Assembly: GCA_900555785.1 (NCBI GenBank) | Contig: USMO01000001.1 | Coordinates: forward strand, 1 to 47,033 | DNA from: an uncultured Eubacteriales bacterium | GTDB taxonomy: Bacteria > Bacillota > Clostridia > Oscillospirales > CAG-272 | Direction: 5' to 3' | Length of the DNA stretch: 47,033 nucleotides | In this document: piece after piece, positions 28,101-37,593 of the stretch | Numbering within the stretch: position 1 is the stretch's first letter | Layout: every line of letters begins with the position of its first letter | Translations under genes and position numbers: made by a program | The notes under the pieces: generated by a model | What the model was told of the DNA's origin: nothing | Databases searched by the model: none | What the model saw: the letters and a program-made list of their open reading frames with translations, nothing else

Positions 28101-28914
28101 GGATATTCTCGCCGTCCGGGTCTGTGCAGGGGTAGGATTTGATGCAGGCATCCTTCTCAGCCTGGGTCTTCATGGTGGAAGGATCCTTCAGCTGGAAGAA
28201 AGCATCGATTTTGCCGATGTAGAAGTCTGCCTCGGCTTTGCTGCCCAGTTCCCCGCGCTCTGCAGCCTCCTTCAGAGGCGTCATGATCAGGTTCTGGTAG
28301 CTCGTTTCGGGCAACCACCGCGGAACCAGTTTGCGGAACTCCTCACGTCCGATGGTGTATTCCATCCGGACACCGTTCTTGATTTTGGAAATGCTGATCT
28401 GGTTGCGCATTGCTGCGTCCAGGAAGCTGTACAGGTACTTGGTGGTACCGTTTTCCTGATACTGAATGATGACCTGGGACATCAGCAGCTGTTCTTTGGT
28501 ACCTTCGCTGCCGGCTGTGGTGCTTCCACCCGGCTTGAACATGGCAGAGCCCTTGGAGCTTGCCACATCGTAGGGGTTGGAGAACAACACGTTGACGTGA
28601 TCCGTTCCCAGCGTTGCGGTTTCCACCAGCGCAATTTCGCCGCTGGTGGTGGTACCTTCCTTGCCGTCGGTCGTCAAGCCCGGGTGCTGGTAGTCAACAT
28701 ACAGCTGATAGCCGTAGCCCTCCAGCATCAGGGTCATGCTCGCCAGTTTTTCCGCCGGTGTCTTGTAGACATCGGTTTGCATATAGATCTTGGAAATATC
28801 CGATTCACTCAGTTCCCCGGCAGCTCCTGCCGACAGGGTCCCGACAAATGCGACGGAGCCGAGCATCAACACGACAGCTAAGAATGTCGAAACAATCCTT
28901 GATTGAATTTTCAT
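25126..28914 (-). CDS. large secreted protein, 1262 aa, unknown function (central barrel-like region plus a long Ala/Glu/Lys helical region)
   Basis: Signal peptide MKIQSRIVSTFLAVVLMLGSVAFVGTLSAGAA. RBS AGGAGG. I cannot assign a family with confidence. The antisense 851-aa ORF was rejected. Confidence 0.8.
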   Translation of the reverse strand: MKIQSRIVSTFLAVVLMLGSVAFVGTLSAGAAGELSESDISKIYMQTDVYKTPAEKLASMTLMLEGYGYQLYVDYQHPGLTTDGKEGTTTSGEIALVETATLGTDHVNVLFSNPYDVASSKGSAMFKPGGSTTAGSEGTKEQLLMSQVIIQYQENGTTKYLYSFLDAAMRNQISISKIKNGVRMEYTIGREEFRKLVPRWLPETSYQNLIMTPLKEAAERGELGSKAEADFYIGKIDAFFQLKDPSTMKTQAEKDACIKSYPCTDPDGENIPIRVFSTDASSVEITQIEEYIKKYCPDYTFEQMDADHETTHYEATDEEYPAFKLALEYSLNENGLLVRVPVNGLQYNMASYTLENISILPYMGAGNTKNEGYNFYPDGSGSLFDFNLTKTNTIRGKIYGVDYAYHQISGTYQKAIRTPVYGTVATEVIYTYTYQVKDEDGNAIKHTEKVSNTVMSIDDIKASVEKLGGELLGDIQADSYKRGYLAIIEAGESLGEIETYFAGTLSDYATMSNYFNPKPKDSYDIADSISVTSSSTWTVVSNRKYTGNIKIQYQLLRDEQLAKNESGKHYDASWLGMAEAYRDYLISEGVLTELTEDDVTANIPLYMEVFGGMKTQQTVATIPVDLMTPFTTFEDIMTMYNELSESGVNNINFKMTGFANGGMYSKIPSSLSWVGKVGGKSGFKKLLEQAKAINSADDDRQIGLFPDFDFAYCTENTLFDALNLKKDAIKTIDNRYSSKRQYSATQQKYVSFYSLAISPSRYSKFYEKLLKKYGKYDIHTMSVASLGTALNSDFDEDDPYNREDSKEFTEKALAALSKDYSLMTDGGNAYTWRYMDYIINMDLDSSRYVKAACSVPFLGAVLHGYIQFAGTALNEEGDTDYALLKAIENGAGLYFILSYRNTEELKEDEVLSQYYSIQYSIWKDDVINYYNTLNGLLADVQTKTIVGHEFLNYNNIGSDGAKFATERVLDLDELETLLKKKLEDAKEAAEKAERDDAINKIASVAEASVALRSAIETLENILQAADDNAKPLATNAAAMRTTLDNLKKTGEDAIVEGRYDALVAFRSLAVTTWNNYDRIVRAYKQATAVYEKLEAALQLIADEKGTDSEQYKIAKAQFDEMSAWLTAKKTELETAAGVDAADLAGEATGAFAVKFDAMFAEANSAEVKGELTIVLDVEDVKKEGKMPDTTEDTEQETVKDDSQRYQVSNNNVVAVTYGDRTSKTPYKTFLLNYNSYAVRVVYMGVVYTIEAGGYVMIPRSAN

Positions 28915-28936
28915 TTATTTACCTCCTGTCTGTCGT

Positions 28937-31102
28937 TTAGACCCGGTATTGGATCTCGGTGATCAGGTTCGTCACCAGGCTGACGAGCTTGGTCAGCAAC
29001 ATGCTGAACAGCAGCACGATGAAAACGATAACTGCCATTGCAACAATGGTACAGAGAATGATAATGAGGTTCTTAAAGAGCGAATAATCATGCGTCACCA
29101 TCGTGCCGAAGAAGAGCAGGATGCCAACCCAGATGAATGCCAGCGTGCCGATGAAGGTGATGATCGATGCCTCGCTGCTCGCCACCCAGTTCGAAACCAG
29201 CGTCGAGGGGATGATCAGCAGCGGCAGCGGCAGCAGCGAATAGGAAGACGCAATGAAGATGTCCTTGAAGCTGCCTTCACCGTCAAACAGCGTGGTCAGA
29301 CACCAGTTTGCCAGCACGAAGAGAATCAGCGGGACCGCAACCGAAATCAGCTGCGTCAGAATGGTGGTCACGCTTCTGGTCGGGTTGAGCACGTAGCCCT
29401 GACCGACCCCCTGATAAAAGAACGCCAGGACCGCGACTGCGGCGAACACCAGCGATGCACGGACCGATCCGCGGTGCTCATGCTTGAGGTCATAGAAACC
29501 GTCAAACGGGTGGAAGATAACATGGAATCCGTACATCAGCTCCTGACCGAAGGTCTTTCTTGCACGTCCGTCAGTCGACACGCGCTTGTTGACCTTTGCT
29601 GCAAACTGGAACCACTTGATGACACCGACAATGACGGCGACAATCAGAACGATGACCAGCAGGAACCACTTGGACATCCAATCCTTCCGCACTTCCTTGA
29701 AGGCCTCGCTCCAGTTTGCGGTGTCGTATGCGACTTCGTACATCTTCAGCGCTTCTTCGTAGGAGCCGTTCCGGTACATTGCATTACCGATTCCGACATA
29801 CGCTGCGTCGAAGTTGGAGTTTCTCTGCAGAACCGCCTTCCAGCACTCGATGGCATAGTCGTAATCCAGCGAGTTCTGTGCGCCGATTGCTTCAATCAGC
29901 AAATCGCCGTACTTGGTGCGCTCGTAGACCACGATGCAGCCCTCGTTACCTTTATCCAGCGCCAGCAGGGTATCGCCCTGGTAGCAGATGGCTTCGATAC
30001 TCGAAATGCTGCCCAGCATCGAGCCCTTATCACCGAAAGCGAAGAGCAGGTTGCCGTTGAAATCGTAGGTGTAAATCTTCTGGCGCTTCTCATCGATAAT
30101 CGACCAGGTCTTTTCGGGACCGACCGCCACGTCCGTGATGGTCGAAACGCCGCTGTAGGTGTCGGTCTTATCGGTGGAGTAATCAATTTCGCCCGCCGGC
30201 GGCCAGAAGCCGTTGCGGCGCATGATCTCTTCGCCCGAGGGGTTCAGCAGCTTGACCGGCAGGTAGGTACCCGACGAGGATTTGCTGCGGATTGCGCTCT
30301 GGACCGACGATTCCGCAATCGAGGAGGTGGTCACGTAGATGAAGCCGTCCTCGGTGATGGAGATGTTGTTGTACTCGGTGGAAATCAGCTTTGCGCTCAG
30401 TTTCTTCTGCTCATCGGTCTGGAGCTTTCTCCACAGAATGTCCCATGCGCTGATGGTAACTGCCTGTGCGCCGATGAAGCCGACAAACTCGCCGTCGCTG
30501 TCCATCACAATGACACCCTGATAGGTGGTCGAGGAGACAACGTAGATTCTGCCGTACTGGTCGATTGCCATTGCAACCGGCTTGTAGACCGAATCGTCGT
30601 CAAACAGCTGGCTCTGCGGCTGGTCGATGATCTTCTTAAATTCGAAGGTCACGCGATCAAAGACAACCAGACGGTTCTGGTCCGTATCGCAGACCCAGAT
30701 TTCGCCGTGGTCTTCGTCGTTCTTGGGGTTGACCACGAAGACACCCTGCGGATTCTTCAGCGAATCCGGGTTGCCTTTGTCGTTGACGAAATCGGTGATG
30801 ATGTGGTCCATCTCGAAGTAACGGGACAGAACCAGAATGCGGTTGTTGCCCGAATCGGCGATGTAAACCTTTTTCTCGGAGTCGGTGACCATATCGCCGG
30901 GGTTGTTGAACTTTTCGATGCCGAGGTCCGTTGCGCCGACGGTCTTGGCTGCGGAGTAAGCATCCGGAGAGTAGAGTGCCTTGCCGTCAATGGAGTAGGT
31001 GTAGGTCTGATAAGCCGAGGATGCCGATGCTCCGACTGCAAATGCCGGAATCAGCATCACGACCGACAGAACGAGCAATACTACCAATTTGAATTTTTTC
31101 AT
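28937..31102 (-). CDS. NHL-repeat beta-propeller + TPR + C-terminal Yip1-like multi-pass membrane domain protein, 721 aa
   Basis: It has a signal peptide. NHL-like repeats are YIADSGNNRILVLSR, IWVCDTDQNRLVVFD, and GRIYVVSS. A TPR-like segment is AYVGIGNAMYRNGSYEEALKMYEVA. Five or so C-terminal TM helices follow. Confidence 0.75.
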   Translation of the reverse strand: MKKFKLVVLLVLSVVMLIPAFAVGASASSAYQTYTYSIDGKALYSPDAYSAAKTVGATDLGIEKFNNPGDMVTDSEKKVYIADSGNNRILVLSRYFEMDHIITDFVNDKGNPDSLKNPQGVFVVNPKNDEDHGEIWVCDTDQNRLVVFDRVTFEFKKIIDQPQSQLFDDDSVYKPVAMAIDQYGRIYVVSSTTYQGVIVMDSDGEFVGFIGAQAVTISAWDILWRKLQTDEQKKLSAKLISTEYNNISITEDGFIYVTTSSIAESSVQSAIRSKSSSGTYLPVKLLNPSGEEIMRRNGFWPPAGEIDYSTDKTDTYSGVSTITDVAVGPEKTWSIIDEKRQKIYTYDFNGNLLFAFGDKGSMLGSISSIEAICYQGDTLLALDKGNEGCIVVYERTKYGDLLIEAIGAQNSLDYDYAIECWKAVLQRNSNFDAAYVGIGNAMYRNGSYEEALKMYEVAYDTANWSEAFKEVRKDWMSKWFLLVIVLIVAVIVGVIKWFQFAAKVNKRVSTDGRARKTFGQELMYGFHVIFHPFDGFYDLKHEHRGSVRASLVFAAVAVLAFFYQGVGQGYVLNPTRSVTTILTQLISVAVPLILFVLANWCLTTLFDGEGSFKDIFIASSYSLLPLPLLIIPSTLVSNWVASSEASIITFIGTLAFIWVGILLFFGTMVTHDYSLFKNLIIILCTIVAMAVIVFIVLLFSMLLTKLVSLVTNLITEIQYRV

Positions 31103-31112
31103 ATTGCCCTCC

Positions 31113-31985
31113 TTAATCCTTCATACCGCTGGTACCCATCGTCTCGATGATGTTCGACTGCGTAATGACGAACACGAGAATCGGGACCAGCATCATCAGA
31201 ACGGTTGCCGCTGCGGATGCGCCTGCACGCTTGATACCGCCTGCCGTAATCTGACCGATTGCATAGTTGAACGACTTATACTGTTCGGAATAAATGTAGA
31301 TGGACGAGCCCGCATTCCAGAGCGTCTGGAAGCTGTACACAATCAGGGTCAGCCATGCCGGCTTAACCATCGGCATTGCGATGGTCCAGTAGGTCCGGAG
31401 CTCGCTTGCGCCGTCCAGACGGGCACTTTCCAGCACCGCGTCCGAAACGCCGGTATCCATGAACTGCTTCATCAGGTAAAGACCCAGCGTGTAGCCCCAT
31501 GCCGGCACGATGATTGCCCAGTAGGTATCGATCATGTGGAAGAAGCTCATCAGGATGAAGCTGGTGATTGCGGTAACCGTGGAGTGGAACATCAGGGATG
31601 TCTGAATGGTTTTAAAGATTGCTTTGCCGCCCGGGAATTTGATCTTTGCCAGTGCGTATGCGCACATGGAGGCGATGAACAGATGCCCGAAGGTACCCAT
31701 AACCGAGGTGAAAACGGTGTTGAAGATGTACCGGGAGAACGGAACCCAGGAGGTGTTCATCAGGCTGAACAGATCCTTGAAGTTGGTGAAGGTCGGGTTC
31801 ATCACGTAGAAGCGCGGCGGGTACATCCAGAGTTCGTCAAGCGGCTTGAGGGACTGCATGATGACATATGCCATCGGCAGCACCATGAAGAGTCCGAGCA
31901 GGGTCAGGACGATGGTAATTCCGGCATCGCCTCCTGCGGAACGGGACAGGACAACCTTATGTTTTCTGGTTCTCAGCTTTGCCAT
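31113..31985 (-). CDS. ABC transporter permease (MalG-type), 290 aa
   Basis: VLESARLDGASELRTYWTIAMPMVKPAWLT is an EAA loop. The start lies 1 nt after the upstream stop. Confidence 0.9.
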   Translation of the reverse strand: MAKLRTRKHKVVLSRSAGGDAGITIVLTLLGLFMVLPMAYVIMQSLKPLDELWMYPPRFYVMNPTFTNFKDLFSLMNTSWVPFSRYIFNTVFTSVMGTFGHLFIASMCAYALAKIKFPGGKAIFKTIQTSLMFHSTVTAITSFILMSFFHMIDTYWAIIVPAWGYTLGLYLMKQFMDTGVSDAVLESARLDGASELRTYWTIAMPMVKPAWLTLIVYSFQTLWNAGSSIYIYSEQYKSFNYAIGQITAGGIKRAGASAAATVLMMLVPILVFVITQSNIIETMGTSGMKD

Positions 31986-31986
31986 G

Positions 31987-32955
31987 TCACGTACCTACCT
32001 TTGACAGAATTTTCTTGACGATCACGTTTGCACCGATCATGATGATGAACAGGATGACCGCGATTGCCGAAGAGTAACCGATCTCATACCGCTGCGTACC
32101 GTAGTCCTCCAAGTGGTGGATGATGGTGTGCGCGGCGTAGTCGACAGACGGGAAGCCGCAGAGCGCGGTCACGACGCCACCGAAACCGAAGGAACCGGTG
32201 ATCGACATGATTGCACCGAACATCAGCTGCGGGCGCATGCTCGGCAGGGTGATGTACCACAGCTCCTGCCAACGGTTGCGGACACCGTCCACGGCGCCTG
32301 CCTCGTAAAGCGAGCGGTCAACGCCCTGCAGACCTGCGATAAAGGACAGGAATGCGGTACCAAGCGAGGTCCAGAGGGCGACGATGATACAAAGCGGCAT
32401 GACGTAGCTTGCGTCCTGGAAGAAGGCGATCGGTTCACTGATCATGCCCAGTTCCAGAAGGGTTGCGTTGACCCAGCCCTGTGCATCGGAGTCGAACAGG
32501 ACACCCCAGATGAGGTAGACCTGACCGGAAATCGACGGTGCATAGAAAATCAGGGTCACGATTGCGCGGATTCGCGGCGACAGCTCATTGATAAACCACG
32601 CAACCAGATAGGACATCAGGTAGGAGGTCGGACCGACGATAACCGCAAAGATGAAGGTGTTCTTGCAGGCGATCAGGAAAATATCGTCTGCGAAGAACAG
32701 GTTGATGTAGTTGTCAAACCAGACCCAGTTCGGCGCCTGGAGCATGTTGAAGTCGGTAAAGCTGAAAAAGATGGACAGGATAACCGGCGCGACCGTGAAC
32801 AGCGTGAAAATGATAACGTAGGGGGCAATCATGACATACGCGACCCAGTTGCGCTTCATTTCCTTCCAGATCCACTGGCGGTAGGTCAGGTCTTTTCTCG
32901 AAACCGCTTGGTATGCGGCTTTGTCAGTCCCTGCCTGTGCAGTTTTATTTGACAT
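31987..32955 (-). CDS. ABC transporter permease (MalF-type), 322 aa
   Basis: LYEAGAVDGVRNRWQELWYITLPSMRPQLMF is an EAA loop. RBS AGGAGA. Confidence 0.9.
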   Translation of the reverse strand: MSNKTAQAGTDKAAYQAVSRKDLTYRQWIWKEMKRNWVAYVMIAPYVIIFTLFTVAPVILSIFFSFTDFNMLQAPNWVWFDNYINLFFADDIFLIACKNTFIFAVIVGPTSYLMSYLVAWFINELSPRIRAIVTLIFYAPSISGQVYLIWGVLFDSDAQGWVNATLLELGMISEPIAFFQDASYVMPLCIIVALWTSLGTAFLSFIAGLQGVDRSLYEAGAVDGVRNRWQELWYITLPSMRPQLMFGAIMSITGSFGFGGVVTALCGFPSVDYAAHTIIHHLEDYGTQRYEIGYSSAIAVILFIIMIGANVIVKKILSKVGT

Positions 32956-32993
32956 TTTGCATTCTCCTTATTCAGATTTTAAGCGAAAACGAA

Positions 32994-35900
32994 TCAGTAG
33001 GAAGCCAGTGCGTCTGCAATGTCACTCAGGCATTCGGAAATGAAGTAGATCAGCTGCTGTTCGTTCAGAGAATTGATGCTGTAGCCGCCGTTCTTGCTTT
33101 CTGCGGTCTGCTTGCTGACGTTGACGTAGTAGACCGGAACCGTGACGGTCTTTCCGTCCGCTTTGGTCAGGGTCTTGGTCTCGGTAATGCCGTAGCTCTC
33201 CAGGATGTTTGCGAAGGAGGTTGATGCGTCGCGGAGCTGATCGATCTTGTTGTTTGCAATCGCGAATTTCGCCGCCAGAGCAGCTGCGTTCACCGCGTCG
33301 TATTTTGCGTTTCCTTCCTTAATAAATTCGGAAGTCAGACGGGTCATTGCCTCCATTGCCTGATCGGCGCGCTTCTTTGCCAGCGTCTGACCGATTTCCA
33401 GGGTCTCCAGTTTGAACTCCTCGCGCTTTCTGGTGATTTCCTTGTTGATGGTCTTAATGTAGCTGAGCAGCTCGGAGCTCGGGTCCGCGTCGTTGTTGTA
33501 AGCAGAGAGGAATGCGAAGTTGGTGTAACGGTCGATGATGTAGTAGCCGGGGTAGTTCGGGATGGAAGCCAGGTTGTTGAACTGGCGGCTGATCTCGGTG
33601 AACTCATCGTTGGTCCAGGGCATGCTCTCCAGAGCCTTCTTGTTTGCAGTGGAGTGTTTTGCGGAATCACCCAGAATTGCGACCATCTCGTTTGCGTACT
33701 CGGTCTGGCAGGGTGCATCGGTGTACCAGCGCAGGAAGGTCCATGCATTGGTGTAGTCGTGATTGTCCTTCTTCACCATCACCGCAGCGGTAACGGTCGA
33801 AACGGCACAGTTGTTGAAGGTCTCGTTGCCTTCCGAATCAGCCACGTAGTAGCCGGGCAGCGGAACGAATGTCCAGCAGCCGTCCAGCTCGGTTGCGAAG
33901 ACCTTGAGGTGGTTGTACAGGGACGTATAGTCGGAAATGATGATCGGCATTTCGCCGGTACGGAACCGGTTTGCTGCGTTATATTTATAAGGGAAGGAAT
34001 ACTGCGTGAACATGTTGCACATCGTCTCGAACGCCTTCAGACCCAGAACCGAATCCAGGTTGATGCGCATGCCGTCATCGGCAAACAGCGAACCGCCGAG
34101 CTGATAGAGGTGCATTTTGTAGTCGGTGGTAACACCGATTTCCATGTTGTTGGATTCCAGCTTGGACTGGGCGACGTAGAGGTCTTCCCAAGTCTTCGGA
34201 ATCTCGATCTCGAGGTTGAGCAGGATGTCGGTACGGATGAACATCATCGGGAACTGCTGGTTTTCCGGCAGACCGTAGGTGTGCATATCGCCGTCCGCGT
34301 CTGCGATGGAAAGCACCGTCATAGCAGCGTCGTTGAAATTCTGGACCACATCGTCAAAGCCTTCCAGCTCCTCAACGTTCATCAGTGCGCCACGAATTGC
34401 GTAGTTGATAACGTCGGTCTGTCCCAAGCCGAGGTAAACATCCGGTCCGATGCCTGCCAGAATCGAAGGCAGCAGCGTACCGCCCGAAATCAGCTTCAGG
34501 TCAACCGAGATCTGACTGTCCGGCGTGAAGTCGTTGGTGCAGAGGTTCCGGATGACCTGCGACTGGTCACGGCCGTAAGCCAGCCAGACGTTGACCGATT
34601 TCTTCTCGGCACCCGCTTCGGTTTCCATTGCCCCCATGCTGTTGTAGTCACGGAAGAAACTCATCACAAAGCTGGAAACTTCGTGAGCGATCGACTGGAA
34701 GAAGTTTGCCTTTGCCTTCGGTGCCTTTGCGGACGCGCCCTGGATCTGGAAGAAGTCAACCTGCAGCGGCTGCGTCTTGGAGTCGGTCAGGAAAGTACCC
34801 AGCGAACCGACATAGGATTTGAAGTTATCGAGGTTCTTTGCGATGGCATCCTCATCGCGTCCCATCTTCTCCAGCAGGGATTTCAGCTTATCGCAGATAC
34901 CAGTGTAGGAAGAGGAAACGCCGACCGTGTCTTCCTTGAGGAACTTGGAAACCTCGCCCAGCGCCTCAGCCTGCACCAGCATATCCAGCATGGTATTCGG
35001 GAGCAGACGGGTGAAGCTGTAGTCGCGGTAATTGTCAGGAGACGAACCGGTCAGCTTAATGATGCTGAGGTAGTCATCGTTGAGGGAGTTCAGGATGTTT
35101 TCGATCTGGCGGACCAGCGCGCTCATGGAGCCCAGCGCCACCTCGAAGTGCAGCGTGTAGGTCACGCCCTTTTCAAAGTACAGCCGGTAGGTCTCGTCCT
35201 TGTTGCCTCCCTTGGAAAGTCCCTTGACCTGCCATGCGTTGTCATAGTCAAAGCGAAGCTGCGTTGCTTCTTCGAACGGAACGCCGTTGTAGTAGCCGGC
35301 GGTGTTGCCGAATGCAGCCCGGTAAGCCTCTTCGCTGTCGTAGCCGTCGGTGTAAATCTTCAGCGTGCGGCAGACGTACATACCGTCAAGGTAGCTCTGC
35401 TTGAAACGGGTGAAGATTTCATACATGCCTGCGGAGTTAACCTGGAACTTGTAGTGGATCCACTGACCGGCAGTCTCCCACTTTTCGGTACCGATGGTGT
35501 TGAGCATCGTCCGGCCGGTGTCAACCGGAGAGGTCAGCGCATCGGAGCGGTCCTCAACCGGGTAGACCACGTTGGTGGAGGTGTTGACGGTGTTCTCACC
35601 TTCAATGCGGACCACGTCGGTTCCCTCTACCAGCGACACACCGCTGGCACGAAGCGCTTCCATATATTCTTCATAGGTCTGATTGGTCTTGGCAGGAGTC
35701 AGCGTCAGGGCACCGATGGCAACCGGTTCGTTTACGCCGGTCAGCGTCAGGGTCAGATGCTGTCCGTCCTCACCCGCCTCAATCGCAAATGCAAGCGGCG
35801 CGGAGTAGTAGCCGTCGCTGTCGTGAATGGTGTAATCCATCCACTTCGGCGTCTGTGCTGCAGTCGGGCGCAACTCGTTGTTCTTGGCATCGGTCACGAA

Positions 35901-36695
35901 GAAACGCAGTTCATATTTATCAATAAATGCGTTGATGGTGCTGGTCACAACTTCCGGGCGCTCGACGTACAGGATGCCGGCCTCGTCATCGATGTATGCA
36001 ACCAAGCCGACCTCTTCAGCCTCGCTCTTGACCCGCGCCAGATCTTCCTGCGCGTTCTTCTTCGACGGCTGATATGTGGCAGTCAGGACATCCTTCGCGT
36101 CGGATTTGAAGGAGGACCAGTTTTTCGGCAGAGTCAGCGACCGTGCTTCGCTGAACGGGACCGAGCCGTTGAGGTAAAATTCCCGCTCCGGCGATGCATT
36201 CTTATTGCTGATGGGATAGTAGGTCACAACAATGTTGTACAGCGCACGCTCGGTGATGCCGGACGCAGTCAAATCGATTGACCAGGTTGCGGAGCCGCTG
36301 CCGGGCGTGTAAACACCGGTCTTTCCCTCGTAGGTCTCGAGGTGAACCAGATCCTTCAGCTCGTAGCCTTCGGGCAGTGCGCTCTGGTCATTGCAAACCG
36401 TTCCGTCTGCCGTTGTCAGCGACCAGGAACCGTTTGTAATGGTAACCGTGTCACCCTTTGTGTTTGTAAAGGTCAGATTTGCGGTTGCGTCAACCGTCAC
36501 AGTCTTCTCACCGCTTGTCAGATCGGCACAGACCCGCGACTGATACTCCTCGTAGGAGAGAAGATCCCGCGAACTGATGTAATCGCCGATCGTTTTGTCG
36601 GTCATATCGGCGCTCACGACAAGCGCGGAACCGCTCACAAGAAGCAGAACTGCCAATGCAAAGCTGATCAGTCTTGTGACTTTCTTTTTTCCCAT
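32994..36695 (-). CDS. giant extracellular solute-binding protein: two CBM-like beta-sandwich modules + ABC SBP fold + helical tail (about 1233 aa)
   Basis: The signal peptide MGKKKVTRLISFALAVLLLVSGSALVVSA starts at 36695, after AGGAGGA. CBM-like segments are WSIDLTASGITERALYNIVVTYYP and WIHYKFQVNSAGMYEIFTRF. The SBP-like core is VNVWLAYGRDQSQVIRNLCTNDFTPDSQISVDLKLISGGTLLPSILAGIGPDVYLGL. Confidence 0.8.
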   Translation of the reverse strand: MGKKKVTRLISFALAVLLLVSGSALVVSADMTDKTIGDYISSRDLLSYEEYQSRVCADLTSGEKTVTVDATANLTFTNTKGDTVTITNGSWSLTTADGTVCNDQSALPEGYELKDLVHLETYEGKTGVYTPGSGSATWSIDLTASGITERALYNIVVTYYPISNKNASPEREFYLNGSVPFSEARSLTLPKNWSSFKSDAKDVLTATYQPSKKNAQEDLARVKSEAEEVGLVAYIDDEAGILYVERPEVVTSTINAFIDKYELRFFVTDAKNNELRPTAAQTPKWMDYTIHDSDGYYSAPLAFAIEAGEDGQHLTLTLTGVNEPVAIGALTLTPAKTNQTYEEYMEALRASGVSLVEGTDVVRIEGENTVNTSTNVVYPVEDRSDALTSPVDTGRTMLNTIGTEKWETAGQWIHYKFQVNSAGMYEIFTRFKQSYLDGMYVCRTLKIYTDGYDSEEAYRAAFGNTAGYYNGVPFEEATQLRFDYDNAWQVKGLSKGGNKDETYRLYFEKGVTYTLHFEVALGSMSALVRQIENILNSLNDDYLSIIKLTGSSPDNYRDYSFTRLLPNTMLDMLVQAEALGEVSKFLKEDTVGVSSSYTGICDKLKSLLEKMGRDEDAIAKNLDNFKSYVGSLGTFLTDSKTQPLQVDFFQIQGASAKAPKAKANFFQSIAHEVSSFVMSFFRDYNSMGAMETEAGAEKKSVNVWLAYGRDQSQVIRNLCTNDFTPDSQISVDLKLISGGTLLPSILAGIGPDVYLGLGQTDVINYAIRGALMNVEELEGFDDVVQNFNDAAMTVLSIADADGDMHTYGLPENQQFPMMFIRTDILLNLEIEIPKTWEDLYVAQSKLESNNMEIGVTTDYKMHLYQLGGSLFADDGMRINLDSVLGLKAFETMCNMFTQYSFPYKYNAANRFRTGEMPIIISDYTSLYNHLKVFATELDGCWTFVPLPGYYVADSEGNETFNNCAVSTVTAAVMVKKDNHDYTNAWTFLRWYTDAPCQTEYANEMVAILGDSAKHSTANKKALESMPWTNDEFTEISRQFNNLASIPNYPGYYIIDRYTNFAFLSAYNNDADPSSELLSYIKTINKEITRKREEFKLETLEIGQTLAKKRADQAMEAMTRLTSEFIKEGNAKYDAVNAAALAAKFAIANNKIDQLRDASTSFANILESYGITETKTLTKADGKTVTVPVYYVNVSKQTAESKNGGYSINSLNEQQLIYFISECLSDIADALASY

Positions 36696-36817
36696 TTGTG
36701 TTTCCTCCTGAAAATTCTTCCGGCATCTGCCGCCCCGCCGCTGCCACACGGCACGGGCTCAGCCACTACGCCCGGGAAATGAGAAACAGGCGCAGCGATA
36801 CCTTTTTTAACTTCTAT

Positions 36818-36846
36818 ATCATATCACAAAAAAATCGCATTGTCAA
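36818..36846 (-). promoter_or_regulatory. promoter of the 7-gene ABC operon (TTGACA-N17-TGaTATGAT)
   Basis: On the minus strand: TTGACA (36846..36841), a 17-nt spacer, TATGAT (36823..36818), with an extended -10 TG. The leader to the ATG at 36695 is about 115 nt. Confidence 0.65.
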
Positions 36847-37061
36847 GCAGAAAAAGTAGACAGCCGTCACCGGAAAATCAAAATCCGGTTCCGTTAATTC
36901 ACAATCGGTCAAAATTCCAGCCGATCAAAATTTACATTTTCGTTTGTGACTTTTTCCGCACCATTTCGTGAAATGCGGATAGTAAATATAATTTACAGGC
37001 TTTTCGCCTATTTTCACCCCATTTCATGCCGTTTTTGGCTATTATTTTTCTGTAAAACAGC

Positions 37062-37091
37062 TTGACAAATTTGTCGTTTTACAAATAGTAA
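37062..37091 (+). promoter_or_regulatory. possible plus-strand promoter overlapping a 12-bp palindrome GACAAATTTGTC
   Basis: TTGACA at 37062..37067 and a weak -10 TAGTAA at about 37086..37091. A perfect palindrome spans 37064..37075. No protein gene lies downstream. Confidence 0.3.
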
Positions 37092-37378
37092 ATTTTATTT
37101 ACTCGTTCTTTCCAGACTTTTCAATCCGGCGTCATGCAAAACAACGAACAGATGTTGGTAATCTTGCACAATTTTGACCCAACATTTTCTACATCCTCGC
37201 AGATTGCACAAAAAGGGATGATTTTCCCTGTGCCTATCCATGTTTTCCTGAATTTAGGAATGATGTGGGGCGAACTTTGATTCGACAGGGTGCGACAGGA
37301 CGGAGAGCGGGCGGCGATGGGGGCGCGGAGAGAGGCTGCGCGGAGGGGGCGCGGAGGCAGGTTGTTGCGTGATTCATA

Positions 37379-37409
37379 TTTTTTATCCGTCTTGGATAGT
37401 GATTGACTG
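37379..37409. repeat. 31-nt direct repeat, copy 1 (TTTTTTATCCGTCTTGGATAGTGATTGACTG)
   Basis: 30 of 31 nt are identical to 46957..46987. Confidence 0.85.
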
Positions 37410-37470
37410 CTCATTCAAACCAAGAGAAGGTAGCCAACCGACAGCGAATTTTTGCCCGAAGGGCAAAAAC

Positions 37471-37512
37471 AGCGGCTCCACCCACCTATGGGGTGCGATA
37501 GCCGCTTTTTTT
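37471..37512 (+). terminator. strong rho-independent terminator in a non-coding region (plus strand)
   Basis: AGCGGCT (37471..37477) pairs with AGCCGCT (37500..37506). There is an inner CACCC/GGGTG pairing, followed by T7. Confidence 0.65.
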
Positions 37513-37593
37513 ATAAAATTCAAATCGCCCCGGGCAGCTCCCCCTCCGGATTCGCCAAACGTCCCAAATTCCGAACCGCCCGAATCATCCAAA

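Noticed and set aside
37379-37512. Assignment of the structured segment to a known riboswitch class (SAM-I, FMN, TPP, glycine, c-di-GMP or T-box), based on partial strings such as CAAGAGAAGG, GGATAGTGA and GGGGTGC.
   Set aside because: Only short fragments resemble those consensus sequences. The conserved cores are absent and no regulated gene follows. It stays as an unclassified candidate RNA.
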